Numbered from the stretch's first letter, positions 21,152-30,545 are shown. The stretch is 64,000 nt of DNA from an uncultured Nitrososphaerota archaeon (GCA_964408285.1 CAYOYV010000001.1:96001-160000); one strand, 5' to 3'. Numbers and translations are program-made. The notes: generated from the letters alone by a model not told the origin.

Positions 21152-21742
21152 ATGCTTCTTGCCAGCCATCTCGAAGGGATGGCTCGGGATTTGCAGGAAG
21201 GCGAACTGAAGGCCCTTAATTCCATCAAAGCATCCCCAGGCATTGATATAGAAATGCTTCGCTCTTCTCTCGGTGTCACGAAGGGTTCACTATCGAAATA
21301 CATCTCAGTATTGGTAAGAAATGGGTTAGCACAATATACCGACAACATAAAGAGAAATATGGAGATAACCCGAAGAGGGAGATTCTACCTAGAGAAGGGA
21401 GATCCTCGCATAGCCTTCGGGTATCCGCAGGGATCCGCCGTTCCTGACTATGTTGCGTTCAGATTTGCATTGGGAGAGGGCATTCTGACGGGGGAGGTAG
21501 CCCACTCATATCAGGAATTCCTAGGCTTGGCAGGACGCATTGATTCGAGGTCCCTTGTGTTCCACCTCTATCGAGGTGATTTCGACGCGTGGTTCGAAGA
21601 GGTCTTCAGGGACAAGAGGATTGGCGGTAGAATCGCCAGACTGAAGATGATCCAGCAATCTCCCGACAAGATCAGGAGCAAGTTAGTGAGCATCCTTACC
21701 GAAAGGATAGGAGAGATATCAAAGCAGAAGGAAGAGCGATGA
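21152..21742 (+). CDS. Winged-helix protein fused to a DUF5752-like domain
   Basis: N-terminal wHTH (LGVTKGSLSKYISVL...ITRRG); C-terminal AFRF...TGEVAHS..EF...SLVFHLYRGDFDAW. Confidence 0.7.
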   Translation: MLLASHLEGMARDLQEGELKALNSIKASPGIDIEMLRSSLGVTKGSLSKYISVLVRNGLAQYTDNIKRNMEITRRGRFYLEKGDPRIAFGYPQGSAVPDYVAFRFALGEGILTGEVAHSYQEFLGLAGRIDSRSLVFHLYRGDFDAWFEEVFRDKRIGGRIARLKMIQQSPDKIRSKLVSILTERIGEISKQKEER

Positions 21743-22632
21743 AGGACATAGGCTGGCTCGAAGTAAGGCTAAAGATCCCCGATGATTGGGAGCTCACTGC
21801 CGAATCAGGGGGGCTCAACGACGCGTACATGAGATTCAATTCAATAGAGAAGATCAAGATGGAGGTAAGATGGGAGCGTGTCAAGAAGAAAGGAGAGGCC
21901 TTGCCGTATACGGCGATCGAGAATTTCCTCAAGAGCGTAGTGAAATCCTCCAAGGAGAAGGCGGCTACGAAGGTAACAGAGAAGGGCAATGCAAAGGTTG
22001 CGGGCCATAGGGCGGCATACTATATTTGGAGCATGAAGGATGCTCGGTATGTCACAATGTCCTGGCTGTGTCAAGATGAGGGCAAGCTAATGCTTTTACA
22101 ATATGGCTTGGAAGAAGCGGAAGCCAAGGAGGAACTGTTCGAGGAAATCCTGAAGAATATCAGCTGTCACACAGACCTAGATTCCTACGAGTATGAGGTG
22201 CTCGGAGTTTCTTTCAAGGCGCCGAAAGGGTATCATCTGACGAAAAGGAAAATCATGCTGGGAAAGGTCTATCTCTTCTTCACGAAGGAAGGTTCGCAGC
22301 TTTATGTCTGCTGGTCTGGTCTGGCAAAAGAGCAGCTAAGAAACTACAAGGGCCTAGGCAACTTCTTCCTTTCGATGGAGGCTGGGGATGTAAGGACAAT
22401 GGGAAAGGGAATGTCCGAGCTTCTCAAAAAAGTGAAGACTAATGACATGTCAATCGAATTGGAATCTGTGTCGAAGGGGATGATACCCGTCATATCTAAG
22501 GAGAAGGTGAATTTCCTGAGAGTCTACCTTGATGAGAGCTCGAATAGGATATTCACGGTGGCTTTCTCCGTTCTAAGAAATGACGAGCAGATGGCGAGGA
22601 GCTTCGCAGAAAGCATTAAAGCCAAGTTGTAA
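21739..22632 (+). CDS. Hypothetical protein (PsbP/DcrB-like two-domain)
   Basis: Long ORF with ATGA overlap; repeated motif LKIPDDWEL / FKAPKGYHL. Confidence 0.55.
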   Translation: MKDIGWLEVRLKIPDDWELTAESGGLNDAYMRFNSIEKIKMEVRWERVKKKGEALPYTAIENFLKSVVKSSKEKAATKVTEKGNAKVAGHRAAYYIWSMKDARYVTMSWLCQDEGKLMLLQYGLEEAEAKEELFEEILKNISCHTDLDSYEYEVLGVSFKAPKGYHLTKRKIMLGKVYLFFTKEGSQLYVCWSGLAKEQLRNYKGLGNFFLSMEAGDVRTMGKGMSELLKKVKTNDMSIELESVSKGMIPVISKEKVNFLRVYLDESSNRIFTVAFSVLRNDEQMARSFAESIKAKL

Positions 22633-22650
22633 CAATCATAGGCTGGTGCA

Positions 22651-23190
22651 ATGTGGCCCTTCAAGAAAAAGAAGAAGGTGATATCACGGGATCGTTTCCT
22701 GCAATCGATACCCCTCAGGAATCCTGGATTGAGTTGGGAAGAGGAAAATGATGGGACGATAACACTAAAGATACCAAGGTCAAAAAAGGGCTTCCTGCGG
22801 ATATTATCTTGGCCTTCAGATCTGCCTGGCTACAAACAGGTGAAGCTCGATGAAATCGGAAGCAAGGTCTGGAAAAGGATCGATGGCAAGACTGACATGA
22901 AGGATTTCATGGAGTGGATGAACCAAGAGTTCAAAATGAATCCTCGGGAGGCGGAATTGTCCCTGGCCCTCTTTATGGAGAAATTGTCAGACAAGGCATT
23001 CATCCTTCTGCTAGTTCCCCCTCCGAAACCAGGCACCCAGGAAGCAAAAGAGGAGGCCTCCGAACTGAAGAAGCGGTTGAAGGAAATGGACAAGGACTTC
23101 AAGGATCAGAAACTGAACGAAGAGCAATACAATTCAATCAAGAAAGAGATACAGAAACGACTCGAGGCCATGGGCGAGTCAGAAGTGTAG
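22651..23190 (+). CDS. PqqD-family (RRE) protein with C-terminal coiled-coil/SHOCT-like tail
   Basis: LDEIGSKVWKRIDGKT...EAELSLALFMEKLSDKAFI matches the PqqD fold pattern. Confidence 0.8.
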   Translation: MWPFKKKKKVISRDRFLQSIPLRNPGLSWEEENDGTITLKIPRSKKGFLRILSWPSDLPGYKQVKLDEIGSKVWKRIDGKTDMKDFMEWMNQEFKMNPREAELSLALFMEKLSDKAFILLLVPPPKPGTQEAKEEASELKKRLKEMDKDFKDQKLNEEQYNSIKKEIQKRLEAMGESEV

Positions 23191-23194
23191 GGTC

Positions 23195-24016
23195 CTAACT
23201 GGAGGCTCCCTGAAGCACTATTCCTTTGCCCCTCTCTATTCCGAAAGTGTACTCCTTTGGTTCCGTTGAAGTCCATCTCATTTTCCTTATGACCAAGGTT
23301 CGCTGGATCCTGTTCTCTTGTTTGGCTAACCCAAGGATTATGACGCCAGATGCAAGAAACTCCTCGACTCCAAATCTGCTCATGACGTTTTCTCCTGTGG
23401 GTATCTCGGACGTGATAACACTAGTGGCACCAACTCTATCCTCAAGCGTGAATATCAGGCTCCTTATGTATTCTCTTGTCCAAGTCACTTCGGTGGTCGT
23501 CATTGTCACAAGCGGCGCGACTGGATCTATGACCAACCTCTTTGCCCCTATCATCTTCGAGATCCTTGAGAGCTCAGCTACGATGCTGTTGACCAGTACG
23601 TCCATCTCCTTTCCCCACATCTTCGCGGTGAAGTATTGCTTGACGGGAAGTATCACTAATTTTCTCTCGTTTATGTATTGCTGAAGATCCCAACCAAATC
23701 TCCTTACATCAGAGATAAGGACCTCAGGCCTTTCATCTATGGTAACGTAGATACCTGGCTCCGAGTTCCTAGCTCCGTAAGTCAGGTATTGGAGAGAGAA
23801 AATCGTTTTCCCAGTGCCGGTCTCTCCCGCGACGAGGTACGTCTTGCCTTTTTCGAATCCGCCCTCGGTCAGCTTATCTATGTCAGGATTGCCCGTTGAG
23901 ACTCTCCTGAAGGCATTGAAACTTCTAGCCGGAGTGCCGCATTTCGGGCAAAACCTGTAATTTAGTGCAAGCAACTCGCCGCATATCTCGCACCTCGTAG
24001 TTCGCGGAATACTCAA
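23195..24016 (-). CDS. KaiC-like RecA-superfamily ATPase with N-terminal zinc ribbon
   Basis: CEICG...FCPKCG; STGNPDID..GG, GETGTGKT, RLVIDP and IRKMR motifs. Confidence 0.9.
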   Translation of the reverse strand: MSIPRTTRCEICGELLALNYRFCPKCGTPARSFNAFRRVSTGNPDIDKLTEGGFEKGKTYLVAGETGTGKTIFSLQYLTYGARNSEPGIYVTIDERPEVLISDVRRFGWDLQQYINERKLVILPVKQYFTAKMWGKEMDVLVNSIVAELSRISKMIGAKRLVIDPVAPLVTMTTTEVTWTREYIRSLIFTLEDRVGATSVITSEIPTGENVMSRFGVEEFLASGVIILGLAKQENRIQRTLVIRKMRWTSTEPKEYTFGIERGKGIVLQGASS

Positions 24017-24181
24017 TATGTTCTAAACAAATAGAAAAAGCATCCTTATATTCTTAATTATGATCTGCCGGAAAACTCCCAATCGCCCTCAGATCGTTTG
24101 GACTCTCAACTATGGGGTTCCTATACCGTTCTGGATTTGCCTCAGCCATTTTGGATTAGGGCCGATGAAGGACTGGAACGC

Positions 24182-24784
24182 TTAGATCCCTGCCACGACC
24201 ATCCAGTCGCGAAGGCCTTCATGGACAAGACTCACCGCAAAAGCCGCAGTCACAAGATTCAATATTCTGGAGACAGTCGCGCTAGTTGCCTCACCCAGCT
24301 TCGTCATTATATAATCCTGACTGACGAGTATGAGATATGAGACTATCGAATTGGCCAAGATAACGATCAGGGCCGGAAGAGGGCCTCCCAGTCTTTCGGT
24401 GATAAGTATGGTTACCGAGATGCTTCCCGGGCCTGCCAGTAGGGGAGTGGCGAGGGGGAAGACTGCCAGCTCCCCTTGCCCATACGAGCTTTGGCTTTCT
24501 CCAGAGAGAAAATACCTGAGAGACAGCAGGAATAGGACAACTCCAGAAGTGACCTTGAAGTCTCCCATGCTTATGTTGAAGTAATTGAGGATAGATGTAC
24601 CAAAAATCGAGAACGCTATCAGAATCCCGGAGGCAAGAACCACAGATCTTCTAGTGATGTCCTTCCTTAGATTCCTGTCCATGTTCTTCAGCAGCGAATA
24701 GAATACTGGCACGTTCCCCATGGCATCGAGCACGACAAACAGCGTAAGGAAAGCTCTGATCCACTCTGAATCGACCATGATCAA
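24182..24784 (-). CDS. MarC family membrane protein
   Basis: LFVVLDAMGNVP and VFPLATPLLAGPG motifs. Confidence 0.92.
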   Translation of the reverse strand: MIMVDSEWIRAFLTLFVVLDAMGNVPVFYSLLKNMDRNLRKDITRRSVVLASGILIAFSIFGTSILNYFNISMGDFKVTSGVVLFLLSLRYFLSGESQSSYGQGELAVFPLATPLLAGPGSISVTILITERLGGPLPALIVILANSIVSYLILVSQDYIMTKLGEATSATVSRILNLVTAAFAVSLVHEGLRDWMVVAGI

Positions 24785-24789
24785 GCTTT

Positions 24790-25113
24790 TCAGGTGGAGC
24801 TTTTGAATCTAACTAGGGGTATTCGATACATCGCACCGCATTTTAGGCACCCGACCATTATTCTGCTTGGCTTTCCATGTCTCAACCTAATCCTCGCGGA
24901 TCTACCGGGGATCAACATCCGTTTGCACGCGTGGCAATAGAAGTATCTCTTGAAAATCGGGTATCCTCTTAGGTTATGCTTCTTCCATATTCTCATCGCA
25001 GCCTCAAGTGTCTTTTCACTCCATTCGATATCTACACTCGCCCATTGGAGAGCGAATTGCACCATAGCCCTGACTTGCTCCATAGCTCGTTCCTTCCTGC
25101 TTTGCTCTCTCAA
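24790..25113 (-). CDS. rnp4: RNase P protein Rpp21 (component 4)
   Basis: KRYFYCHACKRMLIPG...CLKCG..YRIP. Confidence 0.85.
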   Translation of the reverse strand: MREQSRKERAMEQVRAMVQFALQWASVDIEWSEKTLEAAMRIWKKHNLRGYPIFKRYFYCHACKRMLIPGRSARIRLRHGKPSRIMVGCLKCGAMYRIPLVRFKSST

Positions 25114-25236
25114 GGATGGTCATTCGAAGAGGGCGGCGTCGGTGTATGCGGCCTCCGCTGACCTCTCGGACATGTGCGGGATTTAACGTTAAGGCCTTGT
25201 GGACTCCTAGCGGAAGGGCCATCCCGACTCAGGAGC

Positions 25237-26010
25237 TTAACGTGGGCGGTTTCCTCTCGGATTTTCTTCTTCCTCTATCACCGGTTTCCCATTCTGCAGC
25301 TCAAGCTTGCCATGTGGGGTGAAGAATTCGGCATTGTATTTCCGGACGAATTCGATGACCTCTTTGGTTTCCTTCTCATTTCTCTTCTGGTCCCCGTAGT
25401 TTGGAGGCCAGTACGGGAGGAATGTCCTCGATTTCGATTCCCTCTTCATGCTCGTCCTATCGTAAAGTCTCTTCCTTTCCTTGCTCTCAAGCCATCGAAG
25501 GAACCCCATGCTTGCTTCTGAAACTGCCCTTGCCCTTTTCTCGAGCTGCCTGATGGCCTCATCTTCGTTCATCTCCACGATGGAAAACTTGGAACTGAAA
25601 TGCATCCGCGAGTAGTCCACTTCTATCAAATTGGGGTCGTTAAGACACTTCAGGCTACTTTCCTCTGCGGATTTTTCTCCCATCTCAAAGTCCTTCATAA
25701 CCCCCGAGGCCAGTCTTGTTAGCATCCTCCTCGCCCCCAAGTTGTCCTTCCTCATAGTCAGGTTGCAGTCCTCCTGGTACATATGAATGTGGTAATGGAG
25801 ATCCGCTACTTTGGACATGCTGCCTGCGGGGGTGTCATTTCTTACTTCAAGAATTCCGTTCGGACTAAGAACAACATCTGGATCACCTTCTCTCAATCCT
25901 TCAGAAAGGCACAGATATACGCCTGGCGCTCTCTCTTCTGTCTCGTATGGATGGCTTGTGACGGTCTCCAACGTTCGTTTCACTTTGTCTCTAAGGTTCT
26001 GGGAGTACAT
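25237..26010 (-). CDS. Hypothetical protein, candidate immunity/partner of the upstream nuclease
   Basis: Start abuts the upstream stop with 0 bp gap; no family recognised. Confidence 0.55.
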   Translation of the reverse strand: MYSQNLRDKVKRTLETVTSHPYETEERAPGVYLCLSEGLREGDPDVVLSPNGILEVRNDTPAGSMSKVADLHYHIHMYQEDCNLTMRKDNLGARRMLTRLASGVMKDFEMGEKSAEESSLKCLNDPNLIEVDYSRMHFSSKFSIVEMNEDEAIRQLEKRARAVSEASMGFLRWLESKERKRLYDRTSMKRESKSRTFLPYWPPNYGDQKRNEKETKEVIEFVRKYNAEFFTPHGKLELQNGKPVIEEEENPRGNRPR

Positions 26011-27273
26011 TCATTTTTCTCCTCCATGTTGTGATAATTCTATACCCTTCGATACAAGCTTGAACTGTCCAGACTCTCTGTCAATGTAAATGGATATTAT
26101 CAATCCTTTCTTAACGGCAGGGTCTCCTTTCGCTCTATATCTCCAATGGGGATCATTCCACGTGGCTATATGGGCCAACAACTGTTGTTTTGTCCTGTTG
26201 CTCTCCGGGTCTTGGCGCATATCCAGTTCAGACACTGTTGTTAACTTGACCTCACATCCAATGAACTCGTGATTAGAATATCCAGAAACGTCGAAGATGT
26301 CGAACCTCTTATCGCCCTGCCCAGGGATATTGTTTGAAGTCGTCGCGATACGTAAGGCTTTGAAATCACTTTTCCTGAGGACTTCCTCAGCTATCTTGCA
26401 TCCTGCCTTTCCTTTTTCGAAGCTGCTGAATCCCCTTGCTTCCTTGAATAGATCAGTTGAGACATAACCCTCACAAGAGTCCAGATTCCCTTTGGTTATT
26501 CTGACATTTTCGACGTATTCCAAAGCAATAGCGCGTTTGCGTTCGTGCGTACCTTTCTTGTATGTCAAAACAAGCTCTTTCAAGGGGTCATTGTAGTGAA
26601 TGGCGAGTATCTCACGTGCCTGTTCTGCGATTATTTCAGATTTCGCTATACCGTAGCCCTCGTACTCAATCTTCAGAACATGCTCATTCCCGAGGTAGTC
26701 TTTGATTAGTAGTTTGGCGTAGGCTACGGTTGCACCGCCCGGTTCCCAACCGAATTCAGTTATCTTGGCCTGAATCTCGCGGGAATCCACAACGATGCGA
26801 ATCCCACCCTCGGCTATTTTGAGCTTGAATGGCAGACCCGCCTTGTCGGCTGCTTCGAGGAATCCAATTGCATTGATCTTTCTCACACTCGCTTCGACTT
26901 TTTCTCCAGGTCCCCCAATCCATTCGGGAACTGAGTGCTTATGTCTCTCTTTGTCCGGGCCATACTCTCTGTATACCCTCTTACTATCAGCTCCTATTTC
27001 AAAGATACATTTCTTCTGGCCCAGGTATTTTTGCAAACTCTCCTTTGGAATCTCCGCGTACAGGTATCCATCGGAACCACGATATGCGATAATCCCTACT
27101 CTGATGCCGTAGGGATAATCGATCAATCTGTTGAGTTCCTCCCGGAGTTCTTCTGGACTAGCCCCTGCCAGGTTCAATTCACGAGCTGTCTTGTCAAATA
27201 TTCGAGCCAGTTCTTCGCGTCTTCTTTCCGCTCTTCTCTTTATGTTCAGAAGTTCGCCAAGTTGCCCCATCAA
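26011..27273 (-). CDS. Protein with C-terminal PD-(D/E)xK nuclease-like domain
   Basis: KGKAGCKIAEEVL...RFDIF...IGCEVKLTT. Confidence 0.6.
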   Translation of the reverse strand: MMGQLGELLNIKRRAERRREELARIFDKTARELNLAGASPEELREELNRLIDYPYGIRVGIIAYRGSDGYLYAEIPKESLQKYLGQKKCIFEIGADSKRVYREYGPDKERHKHSVPEWIGGPGEKVEASVRKINAIGFLEAADKAGLPFKLKIAEGGIRIVVDSREIQAKITEFGWEPGGATVAYAKLLIKDYLGNEHVLKIEYEGYGIAKSEIIAEQAREILAIHYNDPLKELVLTYKKGTHERKRAIALEYVENVRITKGNLDSCEGYVSTDLFKEARGFSSFEKGKAGCKIAEEVLRKSDFKALRIATTSNNIPGQGDKRFDIFDVSGYSNHEFIGCEVKLTTVSELDMRQDPESNRTKQQLLAHIATWNDPHWRYRAKGDPAVKKGLIISIYIDRESGQFKLVSKGIELSQHGGEK

Positions 27274-27302
27274 TCGTCGATACTCCTAAAGCCTTGATCG
27301 AG

Positions 27303-27410
27303 TGCGGCGTCCGGGAGTTTCGGGCAACAGACTGTCTTTCGGACCCGGGACTACTAGCTTTCGTCTTAGATTGGAAGGCTAGTGTCATAACCAGACTAGA
27401 CCAACGCCGC
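27303..27410 (-). tRNA. tRNA-Gly(TCC) with two introns (37/38, 12 nt at 27360-27371; T-loop 59/60, 21 nt at 27317-27337)
   Basis: Acceptor GCGGCGT/ACGCCGC-A, D arm GTCT/TGAC, anticodon stem CTAGC/GCTAG with loop CT-TCC-A|A, T stem CCGGG/CCCGG; 75 nt after splicing. Confidence 0.88.
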
Positions 27411-27535
27411 ACGCTTCTACGTCGCTTCTGGCATTACATATGTCTTATGTTTCACCGTCTCTCGTTACCTTGTGGAATCCCGTTCTGGAGACATCCACAT
27501 GAAGAAATCCCACTTCTCTTCCACCGGGCGAGATC

Positions 27536-28201
27536 TCAGATCTTCAGGCCTGAGACGAAGAAATTCGCTCCTGACACGAAGATATCTCTCCAGATGAGGC
27601 CGCCAGAATCAAGCAGATACTGCCATTGTCCTAATTCACAGCGGTAGTAGAGCCTTTCGATTGTCTCTTCCCGCTTCCTCCAAGTCACCCAGATCATATC
27701 TCCTCTTTTTCTCGAAACCCTCGATCTCATGATCGCCACCGGAGCCCAAATGGAAGCGGTTATTTTCCCCAGGTTCTTTGAGCTTCTAATGATTTCAGAT
27801 ATTGCCTTGGCGTGATCCAAGCTGGAGAGGTGATGCAACGCAGCCATGCAAACGGACAGATCGAAGGCGCCTTCCCTGAAGGGCAGACTCGCTATGTCCG
27901 CCGCAACCAGATGTATCTTGTGCCTGATGTTTTGTGATTTGGCTTTGGTTCCGGCAAGTTCCAGCATTCTAAGGCTGAGGTCCAGACATACTAGCTCCTT
28001 GCTTATCTCATCGAGGATGGGTAGATTGGTTCCTGGTCCGGATCCGTAGTCGCATGAAATCGCATATGACCCAGCCGTCAATATCCTCTCCAATTCCGGG
28101 AAGGATTTCGACCTAAGTCTAGCGTAGTCACAGGAAAGGACATCATAGGCCTCCATAACGCTGATCCTGTCTGCCAACCGCCCTGATTCAGCTGACGGCA
28201 T
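27536..28201 (-). CDS. Class I SAM methyltransferase, Trm9/ALKBH8-like
   Basis: DYGSGPG, LDLS..ML, AALHHL, SIWA, IWVTW and RLYY motifs; start trimmed to avoid overlap with radA. Confidence 0.7.
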   Translation of the reverse strand: MPSAESGRLADRISVMEAYDVLSCDYARLRSKSFPELERILTAGSYAISCDYGSGPGTNLPILDEISKELVCLDLSLRMLELAGTKAKSQNIRHKIHLVAADIASLPFREGAFDLSVCMAALHHLSSLDHAKAISEIIRSSKNLGKITASIWAPVAIMRSRVSRKRGDMIWVTWRKREETIERLYYRCELGQWQYLLDSGGLIWRDIFVSGANFFVSGLKI

Positions 28202-28244
28202 CCGCTTATAATTTATATCCAAGCTGAATCCCTCATCCCCATAC

Positions 28245-29234
28245 ATGCCAGCCAAGAAAGGAGAGGAATCAGAGAAATCGAGATTCGAAAGCCTAGAAGA
28301 GATTCCAGGAGTCGGCCCGGCCACGGTAGCAAAGCTGAAGGAGATTGGATATTCCACAGTAGAATCCCTTGCCACAGCCTCTGTAATCGAGCTGGTGAAG
28401 GCAGGAATCTCGGATAAGGTTGCAGCGAGAATCATTTCTCAGGCGAGGCAAGGCATTCAGATAGACTTCACGACTGCTCTAGAAGTCCTCGAGAAAAGGA
28501 AGGAGATCAAGAGAATAACAACTGGTAGCAAGGCACTGGACGAGTTATTAGGAGGTGGGGTTGAGACGATGGCGATAACAGAATTCTTCGGAGAATACGG
28601 CACGGGTAAGTCCCAGATCTGTCACCAACTGTGCGTGAACGCTCAGCTCCCGCCCGAGAAGGGGGGACTTGATGGAAGCGTTCTCTACATCGATACGGAG
28701 AACACCTTCAGACCGGAAAGGATAATAACAATGGCATCGAATGTGGGGCTAAATCCAGAGCAAACTCTGAAGAGGATAATAGTGGCAGATGCATACAATT
28801 CTGATCATCAGATTCTTGTCCTGGAGAAGTCCGATGAGATCATAAAGAGGAATGATGTCAAGCTTGTCATAATCGATTCCTTGACAAGCCACTTCAGGAG
28901 CGAGTATCTTGGAAGGGAATCGCTTGTGACGAGGCAACAGAAGCTCAATGCTCACCTGCACAGACTGGAAAGGTTAGTGGTCGCATTCAATCTGGTAGCT
29001 GTGGTTTCAAACCAGGTGATGGCGAAACCAGACGAGTTCTTCGGACTAGGAGCATACCCAATCGGTGGCCACGTTCTGGGCCATAGGAGTCACAACAGAA
29101 TTTTCGTCAGAAAAGCGGCTGGAGGAAAAGGAAATAGAGTGGCCAGACTAGTGGTGAGCGTGGATAGGCCTGAAGGCGAAGCAATGTTCAGGATCGACGA
29201 AAAGGGAATATCTGATGCCGAGGAAGTAGAGTAA
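28245..29234 (+). CDS. radA: DNA repair recombinase RadA
   Basis: HhH LEEIPGVGP, GEYGTGKSQ, YIDTENTFRPER and IIDSLTSHFRSEY motifs. Confidence 0.97.
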   Translation: MPAKKGEESEKSRFESLEEIPGVGPATVAKLKEIGYSTVESLATASVIELVKAGISDKVAARIISQARQGIQIDFTTALEVLEKRKEIKRITTGSKALDELLGGGVETMAITEFFGEYGTGKSQICHQLCVNAQLPPEKGGLDGSVLYIDTENTFRPERIITMASNVGLNPEQTLKRIIVADAYNSDHQILVLEKSDEIIKRNDVKLVIIDSLTSHFRSEYLGRESLVTRQQKLNAHLHRLERLVVAFNLVAVVSNQVMAKPDEFFGLGAYPIGGHVLGHRSHNRIFVRKAAGGKGNRVARLVVSVDRPEGEAMFRIDEKGISDAEEVE

Positions 29235-29247
29235 GGATATCAGCGAG

Positions 29248-30537
29248 CTAAGGAATCAATCTAGCTTTGTCCCTTGGATAGAGCACAACTTCCCTTATGT
29301 TCTGCAGGCCAGTTAGCGCCATCATGAACCTGTCGAAGCCTAATCCCCACCCAGCATGCGGCGGCATTCCGATCTCAAAGAATTTTAGGTGTTCCCTGAA
29401 GCCATCAGGATCTAGTCCGCATTCAATGATTCTCGACCTTAGTCTGCTCAGGTTCTCCTCGCGACTACCTCCGGAGCAAACTTCAAGTGTGTCACACATG
29501 AAATCGAATGAATCAGTAAGATCGCTTGCCTCCTTGACCTTTATGTAGAACGGTTTTGCCTTCTTCGGCCAATCTGTGATGAAATATAGTCCGCTGAGTC
29601 CTTCTATCTGTTTGAGATGTTCTGATGAGAGATCCTCTCCATATCTAGCGTGCATACCCCGGGCCACTATCCTGTCGAAGATCTCGTCATATCGATATCT
29701 CGGAAAAGGCAAACTGAGATTCCTCCACCCTTTTCCAACTGCTTTGTTGGTAGGTTCGTTGGCCAGAATGCTTTGGACAACACTCATCACCATCTTTTCG
29801 AGAAGATCCATCATGTCATTGTGATCGGCGAAAGCTGCTTCCAGATCCATGGAGACAAACTCGTTCAAATGCCTAGTCGTGTCAAAAGGTTCCGCCCTGA
29901 AGAATGTGGCTATTTCGAACACCCTTTCAAGGCCAATCGTCAATTGCTCTTTGTACAACTGCGGGCTCTGGGCCAGGAATGCCTTAGTATCAAAGTAGTC
30001 AAGCGAGAAGAGATTAGCGCCCCCCTCGGTCGCTTGGGCAATCAATTTAGGGGAGACGACTTCCACAAAGCCATTTCCAACTAGGAATTCTCTGATGTGT
30101 CTCAGCACATCTGAATAGAGTCTGAAGATTCTTCTGGTCTGAGGCCGCATGAGGTCAAGGGGTCTGAAGTCGAGCCTTACATCCAGCCCCGCCTCTATTT
30201 CACCCGTGACATCCAATGGCAATGGATGCCTTGCTTTGGTCAAAACTACCACTTCCGTTGGCGAGATCTCCAGACCACTCCTTGCTATGGAGCTCTTCCT
30301 GACCCTCCCCGATACCATGAAAACATCGTTTTGCCTCAGGGAGGAAAGGGTCTCGCCGAGTTCTTGCGATCCCTCGTCACTCTTCCAGGTAACTTGGACC
30401 TCGCCCGTCGAGTCAGCCAGAACAACGAATTTTATATGACCAAGGTCCCTGCTCTCTCTGACCCACCCGGCAATCTTGACCTCTTGCCCTTCTCCTGCTG
30501 ACGCCAAGTCCGAGGCTGCGTGTGACTTGTACTTCAT
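29248..30537 (-). CDS. aspS: Aspartyl-tRNA synthetase (archaeal type)
   Basis: LAQSPQLYK, FRAE..RHLNE and GMPPHAGWGLGFDR motifs. Confidence 0.95.
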   Translation of the reverse strand: MKYKSHAASDLASAGEGQEVKIAGWVRESRDLGHIKFVVLADSTGEVQVTWKSDEGSQELGETLSSLRQNDVFMVSGRVRKSSIARSGLEISPTEVVVLTKARHPLPLDVTGEIEAGLDVRLDFRPLDLMRPQTRRIFRLYSDVLRHIREFLVGNGFVEVVSPKLIAQATEGGANLFSLDYFDTKAFLAQSPQLYKEQLTIGLERVFEIATFFRAEPFDTTRHLNEFVSMDLEAAFADHNDMMDLLEKMVMSVVQSILANEPTNKAVGKGWRNLSLPFPRYRYDEIFDRIVARGMHARYGEDLSSEHLKQIEGLSGLYFITDWPKKAKPFYIKVKEASDLTDSFDFMCDTLEVCSGGSREENLSRLRSRIIECGLDPDGFREHLKFFEIGMPPHAGWGLGFDRFMMALTGLQNIREVVLYPRDKARLIP

Positions 30538-30545
30538 TCTCTTAG

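Noticed and set aside
25130-25195. Possible degenerate att copy of the tRNA-Gly 3' end (TTAAATCCCG, CGGAGGCCGCA, GACGCCGC on the minus strand)
   Set aside because: Matches are short, split and GC-rich; not distinguishable from chance
27194-27647. ORFs 27194..27412 (-) and 27294..27647 (+)
   Set aside because: They overlie the two-intron tRNA-Gly and have no protein-like features
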